Shown here in pieces: positions 1 through 7,505 of a DNA stretch of 34,890 bases (within the stretch, counting starts at the first letter, position 1; every line of letters starts with the position of its first letter). The translations under genes and the position numbers were made by a program. Below the pieces are notes generated by a model. The model was not told the origin of the DNA and did not search any database. It was given only the letters and a program-made list of their open reading frames with translations. Origin of the DNA: Deltaproteobacteria bacterium. Its GTDB lineage: Bacteria > Bdellovibrionota > FAC87 > UBA2466. Where the stretch lies: the NCBI GenBank assembly GCA_016207775.1, contig JACQOU010000389.1, forward strand, positions 1-34,890. The letters run 5' to 3'.

Positions 1-314
1 GTGTGTGGACTATCATAACGTATTAGAAACGACGATTCTCCTGGTTGATTTGCGCTGAACGTGTAGCCGAAAGTGCGCGCCTTAGGTCGGTTGGGAACTG
101 AATCATCCACTTCAACATCGATCCTTATATCGACCCGCACTTTATTTCCGTTGAAGGTCGTCAAAACGAGATTTTTACAACTCAAGTGCAGATAATTTGG
201 CGTGAGCCATGTTTCCTTGTAACCACGAGGAACATCCATGTACTTTTGATTGAAACGGATAATACGATCATGAACAGCAAGATACTTATTGAGAGGCCGC
301 CAACCGTGTCTCAT
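1..314 (-). CDS. Partial ORF running off the left edge (C-terminus outside the window). Possible toxin-like partner of the upstream small ORF; DUF6516/TumE-like assignment is tentative.
   Basis: Absent from the supplied track because no stop lies in the window. The minus-strand frame is open from ATG (314..312) to position 3: MRHGWRPLNKYLAVHDRIIRFNQKYMDVPRGYKETWLTPNYLHLSCKNLVLTTFNGNKVRVDIRIDVEVDDSVPNRPKARTFGYTFSANQPGESSFLIRYDSPH... Its ATG overlaps the TGA of ORF 311..595 (ATGA). The FxYxF...RYDxxH stretch recalls DUF6516/TumE-type proteins, from memory only. Confidence 0.45.
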   Translation of the reverse strand, partial: MRHGWRPLNKYLAVHDRIIRFNQKYMDVPRGYKETWLTPNYLHLSCKNLVLTTFNGNKVRVDIRIDVEVDDSVPNRPKARTFGYTFSANQPGESSFLIRYDSPH

Positions 315-595
315 GTTTCAAAATGAGCAATTCGTCGCGCGAGTACGAGAGCTTCGACAAACTCTTCCCTAAAGACGTGAGAGTGTTCGGCTTCAACCAA
401 AAGCTGTTCGACAGATAGGCCACACTTTTTTGCCAATGCCGCCAGCTCGTTCCGCATGCCCAACAGAGCATCTTCCTTCGATGGATACCTCGGTGTTGAG
501 CGGGATTTCAGTGCGCGCTCATGAAGCGAGACCTCCCGTCGAGAACCCTTCATTTCTTCTGATCTGTCCTTTTGCGAATCTTTCATTAAATTCAT
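311..595 (-). CDS. Small charged hypothetical protein; possible antitoxin or regulator partner of the downstream partial ORF.
   Basis: 94-aa ORF with a highly charged N-terminal half and a helical-looking C-terminal half (LSVEQLLVEAEHSHVFREEFVEALVLARRIAHFET). Its stop overlaps the start of the next ORF by 4 nt. No family recognised. Confidence 0.45.
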   Translation of the reverse strand: MNLMKDSQKDRSEEMKGSRREVSLHERALKSRSTPRYPSKEDALLGMRNELAALAKKCGLSVEQLLVEAEHSHVFREEFVEALVLARRIAHFET

Positions 596-958
596 GATAG
601 CATAACCGCCCAGTGGTACGGAAACAGAAAACCTCTGTAATTTTAAATGCTTATTACAAGGCTAAAACGTCTTCGTCACGCCAGAATGAATATGCCGCCG
701 GGGTGAAAAAGTCCAGGTTCTATAGGGAGCGCGACTCAAAAAAAATCGCACGACGGGAATTGCCCAGATCAAAGGCACAGTCAAAAAAGGAGATTTACTT
801 CTGAAGGGAGTTTGCACCAAGTCCGGCGGCCCGGTTGCAAGGGTCGTGGAAAATGACTGGCGGTTTTCTTCAAATCAACTCCCTTTAATATGCCCACCGT
901 ACGATGAAACCAGCTTTCATCAATGATTGTCATAGTACAATCCTGTGCTACTGAATGC

Positions 959-1939
959 CTAAGGGCTACCCGAGTGAGTTTGTTGCCGAACTGGAGTACT
1001 CATGCGACCGTCTGGTTCTTGCGTCTGGGTGTGCTCGAAGCTGCAAAGTCCTTTGCTTTTGAGCTGGATGTAAAACTGGCCAAGCCAATCTTGGACACCC
1101 CAGGCTTTCCATGGGTGGTAGCCACCCCATGTGAGAGTAATGGGCTCTGGTTGTTGTCCGTTGGCGCTGCGTTTGCGTTCTATAGTCATATCCCCTATGC
1201 CTGTTCTGAAATCGGTACTGTAGTCAATGTCAATCGGCTTATGGTAAAAATCGATGCCATCCAAGAGGGCTCTTTGTGTGGTCTTCACTGTTTCAAAGTC
1301 ACAGCGATCATCAGAAAGGAGCAGCGCTAAGGCGTTGTACAAAACTTGCCCCTCCTCCCCTTTTGGTGCGTCCGTTGCTCGACGTTTCAATAGCTTTGCT
1401 AGGCGAGTCTTGTCTATGTGACCTTGATCCTCTGGTTTCATCAGGGCAATCAACTTATCTATCTCACCATTGCCTGAGCCCGACCTTTTCGGAGGGGGCT
1501 GCATAAGAGAACGAAATGGAGAAGGAGTAGTATTGGCTCCGCGGCCGCTAAAGCCTGGGTCGCGCGCATTAATCTGCCCGGCCAAACTAGCGAGCTTTCC
1601 TACGTTAGCAAGATACAGATAGACAGTTTCATTGGCAGGAAACGCATTCAATGTATCGATAAGTTGGCTCTCCGGGACCTCAACGACTTTAGACACCAAG
1701 CCTTTTAAATCAGGATTCGCTTTTACGAAGTCAATCAGTTCGGAGGGATAAAAACCGCGAATTCTGCTGCTAGGAATACCGTTTTCTTTTTCGATTACGA
1801 TCAATGCCGGCCTGATTTCTCCGTCAGTTCCAGTAACCCTTTGAACCACCGCTTGTTTTGTTCCGGCCTCGGCGTTGAAACCTGAAATTGATAAAGAGAC
1901 TAGGCCCACGAAGCCGAAATACCAACCCTGCCTAAACAT
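959..1939 (-). CDS. Exported hypothetical protein.
   Basis: The track ORF is 959..2005. I prefer the ATG at 1939, which follows GGAGGGG and gives a signal-peptide-like N-terminus (MFRQGWYFGFVGLVSLSISGFNAEA). No domain recognised. Confidence 0.6.
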   Translation of the reverse strand: MFRQGWYFGFVGLVSLSISGFNAEAGTKQAVVQRVTGTDGEIRPALIVIEKENGIPSSRIRGFYPSELIDFVKANPDLKGLVSKVVEVPESQLIDTLNAFPANETVYLYLANVGKLASLAGQINARDPGFSGRGANTTPSPFRSLMQPPPKRSGSGNGEIDKLIALMKPEDQGHIDKTRLAKLLKRRATDAPKGEEGQVLYNALALLLSDDRCDFETVKTTQRALLDGIDFYHKPIDIDYSTDFRTGIGDMTIERKRSANGQQPEPITLTWGGYHPWKAWGVQDWLGQFYIQLKSKGLCSFEHTQTQEPDGRMSTPVRQQTHSGSP

Positions 1940-2214
1940 ATCCCCTCCATTTCCCATACAGCAGGGTGTCCTGCTATAAAAACGTGGTTCCTTCTTGTGA
2001 GACATTTTCCTGATGGAATTGTCAGTAGGTCAAGGTGCTCATCTCACTTGTGTTTGCCACCAAATGCTCATTTCTCACCTTACGACCAAGTCCTGTACCG
2101 TCAATACGGTTACTGTGTCAACCAGGCAGGCATTTGGTACAGGTCAATTTCCTATCATCCTCGGTTGACACCCCATGAGGGCCAGCCATACAAAGGGCCA
2201 TTAGGAGTTTGATC

Positions 2215-3597
2215 ATGAGACGAAGCTATTTTGTTTTCCAACCATTCAGGGCAATTGCCTTCCTTGCAGTCGCCTTCACGTTATTTTCATCCAGGTTTGG
2301 TCTTGGAATGGCTTACGTGGATATTTGTAACCGAGAGAATGAGTGTAAGAAGTTATCGCGATTGGTAATGGGTACGGATCACCTCGTACAGAGTGATTGG
2401 ACAAAAGAGGGCCAGCCAGAACCGACTAATGAAGAGGCTTTCAGAGTGTTGGACGAGGCCGCGAAGCAGGGAATCAATTTTTTTGATACGTCCCCCATTT
2501 ATGTTGGAGGTGTCGAGCACAGACTTGGAAAGTGGAAGAAATCCAGGGCAACGCAAATAATGGATAACGACTTCTATAAAGAACCAAGTCTTAACCCCGA
2601 TAGAAAATTGTATGTTTTGTCTAAAGGAGGATTTCCATTCGACCTATTTTGGGCAAAGCGTTTGGAACGGGGTACTCACTCCGCAGAATTAACGAGAGAG
2701 CTTCAAAGACAAGCGATTTTGGATGCCGGGGCGACGGTTCTTGAAGATGGAACACTTCCCTTAAAAGAAGTTCCTCCGGGCACCTACGCCAGCCGTCTTT
2801 TCGGTAGCCAGTCACAGATTACTGAAAGAGTTGCAGAGGAGCTTGGCCACTCCGTACGAAATCTTAATGGTGACATTACTATTTACCTCATGCACCGGGA
2901 TGACGGCGATGCCGTGAGGTTCAATGCCGTTGTAAGACCGCAAACAGCAGTGAGAACGATCATGCAGGCAGTAGGGACTCATGAAGTGGCAAGCAAGTTT
3001 TGGATGCTCGGTTGGTCTAATTGGCAGACCGAACGGATCAATGAATCCATTAAACTGGCTGAAGATAATAAAGACTTGCCCAAACCTATCATCAATAGCC
3101 CCTACTTTTCTTTGTTTGAAATGAGCGAACGCACGATTCACGCGTTAGGTGTTCAAGTAACTCATAAGGAGATGATGGATCCGAATTTTCAAAAAGGAAT
3201 TAAAATCATGCCGTATTCGCCGTTGGGCGGTTTCAGTATTTTAGATAAGCCACACCCGACTTGGGAAAATGCAAAAAAAGCCGCAAAAGAGAAATATGAA
3301 AAGGGCGATCCGTATTGGCAGAATGTCTTTCCTTCGATTTTTACGGCGGAAAATGAAGCCCGTTGGCATCGAGTGGTGAAATTTACCGATTTATTTAACA
3401 AACGACACGGTACTGATTATACGGTTGACCAGATGGTTAATGCTTACGCGCTTGCACATCCAAGGACGGATTTACTTGCAGTGGGTGCGATCACGGTTGA
3501 ACAAGTCCGGCGAACAGTGCAATCGCTTCACCTGTCCAAAATGCTGAGCCCTCAAGATCTCGAGTATCTCTATGGTGGTGCAACAAGGAGCGAGTGA
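2215..3597 (+). CDS. Aldo-keto reductase family oxidoreductase with a twin-arginine-like leader.
   Basis: AKR-type motifs GINFFDTSPIYVGG..HRLGKW and IMPYSPLGG. The ATG at 2215 is preceded by AGGAG (2203..2207); the track start at 2209 is a TTG two codons upstream. N-terminus is MRRSYFVFQPFRAIAFLAVAFTLFSS. Confidence 0.8.
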   Translation: MRRSYFVFQPFRAIAFLAVAFTLFSSRFGLGMAYVDICNRENECKKLSRLVMGTDHLVQSDWTKEGQPEPTNEEAFRVLDEAAKQGINFFDTSPIYVGGVEHRLGKWKKSRATQIMDNDFYKEPSLNPDRKLYVLSKGGFPFDLFWAKRLERGTHSAELTRELQRQAILDAGATVLEDGTLPLKEVPPGTYASRLFGSQSQITERVAEELGHSVRNLNGDITIYLMHRDDGDAVRFNAVVRPQTAVRTIMQAVGTHEVASKFWMLGWSNWQTERINESIKLAEDNKDLPKPIINSPYFSLFEMSERTIHALGVQVTHKEMMDPNFQKGIKIMPYSPLGGFSILDKPHPTWENAKKAAKEKYEKGDPYWQNVFPSIFTAENEARWHRVVKFTDLFNKRHGTDYTVDQMVNAYALAHPRTDLLAVGAITVEQVRRTVQSLHLSKMLSPQDLEYLYGGATRSE

Positions 3598-3808
3598 AAT
3601 AAACAGACTTCATTGGCTTCAGAAGCAAGGGAAACGAGGGTATAGGGACGTATCTTATTCATGATGAGGAACAGTACTGGGATGCACATGACGGGACCTA
3701 ACGGAGACTATGCTTGCGTTCGCGTGGTTTTATATTTGCCCTGATAATGACGCGGTGTATATGGATTTTGGTCCGGGTCTTGGATAAAGGTTCGCAGAGG
3801 TATGAATC

Positions 3809-4540
3809 ATGAAATTTTTCTGTTTCTCTTTATTGATCGCGGCTATCAGTTTTCTCGGGTCTAGGAATTTCGCATTTGCTTCTGAGCCGGCCACTTGGCA
3901 GGATTTTTTAAATCTTTTTGAAAGTGGTACTGTACTCAACGAATCTGAAATCCCTGATTACGGCGTGCTACATACTTATTCGGTATATTCAGGCAGCCCA
4001 ACACAGATTGATCCTCCGAAGCAGGAAGGGCATGTGTTTTACCGTATGCCAAAAACGGCGAGTTCACCCGGCGGAATCTTAATCGCCATCAAGCAAAATC
4101 CTTATCTCTCAGATGCGGATGCAGTTAAGCACATCTCGGATTGCAACCGCTTCATTCCGTCGGCTCAGATCGATGCGGGCAATCAAGCACTTGCCCACTG
4201 GGGCTTTTACTCTAATGTCCGAGCAGCTGGAATGAACGAACAGGGACAGCCAAGGGCCGCGCTGCAAGTGTATAACTTATTTCGAAGGGCCGTTCTTCCT
4301 GGAACTCAAAGACCTGTGATTGTCTACCGCGTGGATACCTCAGAACCTGGGTATCGTTACTCTGCCGGAAACATAAGTTCTTACTACCGCCAAGGTGATT
4401 TTTATGGCTATGGATACGCAATTTCTCCGATCACGCCCTCTTCGGCTGTCAGTTCTAATTGCAATGCTCTTATGATGCCTGGATTTCGGTTTATCACGGT
4501 ACAGCCTTACAGCAACGTTTATGACTTGAAGAGGCCTTGA
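3809..4540 (+). CDS. Secreted hypothetical protein.
   Basis: 243-aa ORF with AGAGG upstream and a clear signal peptide (MKFFCFSLLIAAISFLGSRNFAFA/SEP). No domain recognised. Confidence 0.65.
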   Translation: MKFFCFSLLIAAISFLGSRNFAFASEPATWQDFLNLFESGTVLNESEIPDYGVLHTYSVYSGSPTQIDPPKQEGHVFYRMPKTASSPGGILIAIKQNPYLSDADAVKHISDCNRFIPSAQIDAGNQALAHWGFYSNVRAAGMNEQGQPRAALQVYNLFRRAVLPGTQRPVIVYRVDTSEPGYRYSAGNISSYYRQGDFYGYGYAISPITPSSAVSSNCNALMMPGFRFITVQPYSNVYDLKRP

Positions 4541-4620
4541 CCTGCACGAAACTTGGAATCAGCGTGTGCGACGGCACTTTAGCGATAAGAATTAGGCTGC
4601 GGTAGGTGGTCGAACGGCGT

Positions 4621-5325
4621 TTACGGAACATTCCAATGCATCACGACGCGAGTACCGATAACTTTACCTTTCGGATCTTCACGGGGGACAAACTTGGCTC
4701 GGTGACTTAGGAGGTTAATAAGTAAAACGCCTCGGCCTCCTGAACCGATATCATCCTCATTTCTTATAGGATCGACGTGCTTTTGAGCGCGTATACCAGA
4801 GATCCGCTTTTCAGCCTCTTCATCATGGTTTTCTTCGGTGGTTTTGAAACGATGACTATTTCTAGGGTCGGAATCATTTTCTGGGTTAAAAAAATCGCCT
4901 GACTCATCGGCGACTTCCAACTGAATCCGTCTACCCTTGAGGATACATTTCACTTCGATGTTTTTGGAGGGGTCCAGGGAATTACCGTATTTTACCGCAT
5001 TGGTAAAAGCCTCTTGGAAGGCGAGAAGAATGCCATTTAGGAAACTGCCCGCACTCTCACCGTTGGGAAGGGTGATGGGTTGAAGCGTTTCCAAATGATG
5101 CGAAAGTATTTTGCGCAGCTGAATTCGCAAAGGTTCCACTAGAGCGAGATTGGTCTTGTATGTATTGGTTCGACCGACTGTGAGTGTAGCGGTGGCCACC
5201 GCTACAACGGTCTTGGAAGGGGTGACATCAGCCACGGCATTGGCACATTCGTCTGGCTGCTTGCCGTACCCCCTTGAAGTGGCTAAAGCAACCACTATAA
5301 AAAAGGACAGAAAAACGAGTTTCAC
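4621..5325 (-). CDS. GHKL ATPase of the SpoIIAB/RsbW anti-sigma serine-kinase type, with a signal-peptide-like N-terminus.
   Basis: N-box-like EAFTNAVKYGN and G-box-like GSGGRGVLLINLL. GTG start at 5325 with AGGGGAA upstream. N-terminus is MKLVFLSFFIVVALATSRGYG. Confidence 0.65.
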   Translation of the reverse strand: MKLVFLSFFIVVALATSRGYGKQPDECANAVADVTPSKTVVAVATATLTVGRTNTYKTNLALVEPLRIQLRKILSHHLETLQPITLPNGESAGSFLNGILLAFQEAFTNAVKYGNSLDPSKNIEVKCILKGRRIQLEVADESGDFFNPENDSDPRNSHRFKTTEENHDEEAEKRISGIRAQKHVDPIRNEDDIGSGGRGVLLINLLSHRAKFVPREDPKGKVIGTRVVMHWNVP

Positions 5326-5373
5326 GTCTATTCCCCTTTACAGCAAGCAGTGTTAGCAAACGTTTGCCGTTAA

Positions 5374-5389
5374 TGCAATTGGATTGCCA
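5374..5389 (-). promoter_or_regulatory. Putative sigma-54 (-24/-12) promoter for the GHKL ATPase gene.
   Basis: The minus strand reads TGGCAA-tccaa-TTGCA with canonical GG/GC spacing, about 48 nt upstream of the GTG at 5325. Confidence 0.55.
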
Positions 5390-5628
5390 TGTACACTCAA
5401 CACCTAAGAAAGATATCTACGTACTCCCAATTTCCATCAGTACGAGCTGAAAATATGGCAATAAACCGCTGAGTTTAAAAATTAATATGGCGTTTTGGGA
5501 TTCCAATGGGCGGGTGTACGAACGTTGGACAGGTTAAGTGGCAGTATCGACGGCTCATATTGGGCATTTTGGTTCGATTGGTAAAAACTTGGGCGAAAGT
5601 GTGTTGTGTATACACGCACAGTACCTGG

Positions 5629-5644
5629 TGGCAGGCTGTTTGCA
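5629..5644 (+). promoter_or_regulatory. Putative sigma-54 promoter for the OM beta-barrel gene.
   Basis: TGGCAG-gctgt-TTGCA, 33 nt upstream of the ATG at 5678. It lies inside the N-terminal extension of track ORF 5606..6553, which supports the downstream start. Confidence 0.6.
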
Positions 5645-5677
5645 GTAATGCCTTACATATTCCTTAAAGGAGGCCGA

Positions 5678-6553
5678 ATGCAAAAAGTTGCCTTCATTAC
5701 TGCTCTTATTTTGTGCTCCACTTCTTTCACATTTCAAGAGGATGATTTTGTCGTGCAGGTGTCAAAAAGCAATCGAAGCATTGCAATTTCCAAAGGAGAG
5801 GATTCTGGCTGGCGAGCACAAGATAGGTTTTATGTGATGCGTGGCAAACGAAAGATTGCCGAAGGGCATGTTGTCAGAATTGCTTCCAGTAGGGTTTTAG
5901 CATCTGTTGATTCCGTGAAAGCGCGAATCAATCCAGGCGACGAGGTGGTACGTCTGGATGAATCCCTGCATGAAGGACACTCGACTGCAAATTACCCAGA
6001 CTTTCGATTGGGTATTCACATGGGGTGGGCTGCTGGCGCAAGCTCGTCGAACACAAGTGGCACTACGAACAGCATTAGCGGGATCACAACGAGCTCCAGT
6101 GCGAGTGCCGCGTTTTTGGGAGGATTAAGTGGAGAAGTCCGTCTTTTGGAAAATAACTTATTTTTCCAGCCAGAACTGTACTATTCCCCAAAAGGAAGTA
6201 TCAGCGCAAACGTTTCTATCCCGACGGATTATGGAACTTTCAGTGCCAACGGAAGCACCAGTTCAATGACCTATCTCGAATCTTATTGGGGATTAAAAGC
6301 CCGGTTGAATAGTTTTATCGATCCTTACATCACCGCAGGTCCGCAGCTGAGTTTTTTGCTCAGCGGCGGTAATAATGCACGCAGCATTCTGTTTGGTTTG
6401 GGCGCTGGGGGTGGATTGGAAATTGGATTGGGGAAATCCGTTTCACTGTCTTTTGCCGCACGCTATGTGCTTGGCCTGACGAATACCGTCGAAGGTTCGG
6501 ATTCCAAGTCCAACACCTTCCATTGGCTATTGGGCGTCCAGTTTCCTCTCTAA
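5678..6553 (+). CDS. Outer-membrane beta-barrel domain protein.
   Basis: The ATG at 5678 is preceded by AAAGGAGG. Signal peptide MQKVAFITALILCSTSFT, a small N-terminal domain, and a Ser/Thr-rich linker (SSSNTSGTTNSISGITTSSSAS). The C-terminal region has alternating-hydrophobic strands and ends FHWLLGVQFPL. Confidence 0.7.
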   Translation: MQKVAFITALILCSTSFTFQEDDFVVQVSKSNRSIAISKGEDSGWRAQDRFYVMRGKRKIAEGHVVRIASSRVLASVDSVKARINPGDEVVRLDESLHEGHSTANYPDFRLGIHMGWAAGASSSNTSGTTNSISGITTSSSASAAFLGGLSGEVRLLENNLFFQPELYYSPKGSISANVSIPTDYGTFSANGSTSSMTYLESYWGLKARLNSFIDPYITAGPQLSFLLSGGNNARSILFGLGAGGGLEIGLGKSVSLSFAARYVLGLTNTVEGSDSKSNTFHWLLGVQFPL

Positions 6554-6568
6554 GAAATACCTGACCAG

Positions 6569-7480
6569 TTACGAGATATTTTGAACAAATTGGGCAATGT
6601 GGTTCATTGCCTCTTTGCTTTGGCGCAGCCATGGGAGACTTAAAAACCATACATGCTGCATTCCTGGCTCGATTCTTAGAGTCACCCTGACACCTGATTC
6701 AGCAGCCTTTTTTGCAACCCGGACAGAATCATCCAATAACATTTCCTGATCTCCGACGAGAATCATTAGGGGCGGAAGAGCCCTGAAATCGCCATTTACT
6801 GGAGAAATATAAGGGAGCTTGGGATCCTTCGAACCTGGATAGTAGGGTGCCCACTTTTTAAGATGGTGTTTCGAAAGGCACACGTCTTTTCCGGCATTAG
6901 TTTCCATGGATGCTCCGGTGCCGAGCAGATCAGTCCAAGGCGAAGCACAGAGGGCGCCTGCTGGGAGTTTTTTCCCCTCATCACGAAGTGCCATAAGGAC
7001 GGCCAAAACAAGTCCGCCTCCAGCAGAATCTCCCATAAAAACTATTTGTCCGGGGTCGTAACGGCCACTCAGTTCCGAGTAAACTTGTTTGGCATCTTCA
7101 AGAGCTGCTGGAAAAGGATATTCGGGCGCAAGACGGTATTCCGGGATCATCACGCGTGCTTGGCACCGATACGCAATCCGCAGCATATTCCGACGATACG
7201 CATGAATGGACCCCATAATGTATCCGCCACCATGAAGATAGAGAATGGTCTTTTGGGGTGATTCAGTTGTTTGAATGCACTCGGTGCGAACTCCGTTGAT
7301 ACGACTCTCGATAAATTGTGCATGAGGGTACTTCTTGAGTAAGGCTTGAGAGGAGATCCCTGAGACCCATTCAAAATTTCTTCGCAGCGTGTGCGGCGCA
7401 TATTCGGGTCGAAAGGCAACTTTCCAAGTTGCCTTCAAAATGGCATTTGAAAATTTCAGTATTAGGTTTTCATAATGCAT
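6569..7480 (-). CDS. Alpha/beta hydrolase, hormone-sensitive-lipase-like (family IV) esterase/lipase.
   Basis: LHGGGY oxyanion-hole motif and GDSAGG nucleophile elbow in the expected order and spacing. Confidence 0.85.
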   Translation of the reverse strand: MHYENLILKFSNAILKATWKVAFRPEYAPHTLRRNFEWVSGISSQALLKKYPHAQFIESRINGVRTECIQTTESPQKTILYLHGGGYIMGSIHAYRRNMLRIAYRCQARVMIPEYRLAPEYPFPAALEDAKQVYSELSGRYDPGQIVFMGDSAGGGLVLAVLMALRDEGKKLPAGALCASPWTDLLGTGASMETNAGKDVCLSKHHLKKWAPYYPGSKDPKLPYISPVNGDFRALPPLMILVGDQEMLLDDSVRVAKKAAESGVRVTLRIEPGMQHVWFLSLPWLRQSKEAMNHIAQFVQNIS

Positions 7481-7505
7481 AAGTCCATCTGATCGTAGAT
7501 ACGTG

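Noticed and set aside
613-804. 63-aa Lys/Arg-rich ORF on the plus strand in the gap upstream of the TA-like pair.
   Set aside because: It has no RBS, a non-ATG start, and low-complexity basic composition typical of a chance frame in A-rich intergenic DNA. It has no recognisable fold or motif.
824-839. Eleventh sigma-54-like site, CGGCGG-cccgg-TTGCA, on the plus strand.
   Set aside because: The -24 element deviates from the core (GGCG instead of GGCA). More importantly, no plus-strand gene follows; it points antisense into the 3' end of the 959..1939 gene. It is probably a chance match, although an antisense or sRNA promoter cannot be excluded without transcript data.
923-1506. Plus-strand ORFs 923..1330 and 1276..1506, antisense to the 959..1939 gene.
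   Set aside because: They lie entirely inside a longer minus-strand gene that has an RBS and a signal peptide. They have no RBS and no motif, so they are typical antisense shadow ORFs. The same reasoning applies to the many 60-130-aa antisense ORFs inside the S46, recD2, pnt, kinase and helicase genes.
3781-3796. TGGATA-aaggt-TCGCA upstream of the 243-aa secreted protein gene.
   Set aside because: Both elements deviate from consensus (GGAT, CGCA). The GC lies only 13 nt from the ATG, so the predicted start would remove the RBS.
5571-5579. GGTTCGATT, a tRNA T-loop-like string in the 5326..5677 intergenic region.
   Set aside because: The flanking sequence cannot form a T-stem, acceptor stem or anticodon arm, so this is not a tRNA.
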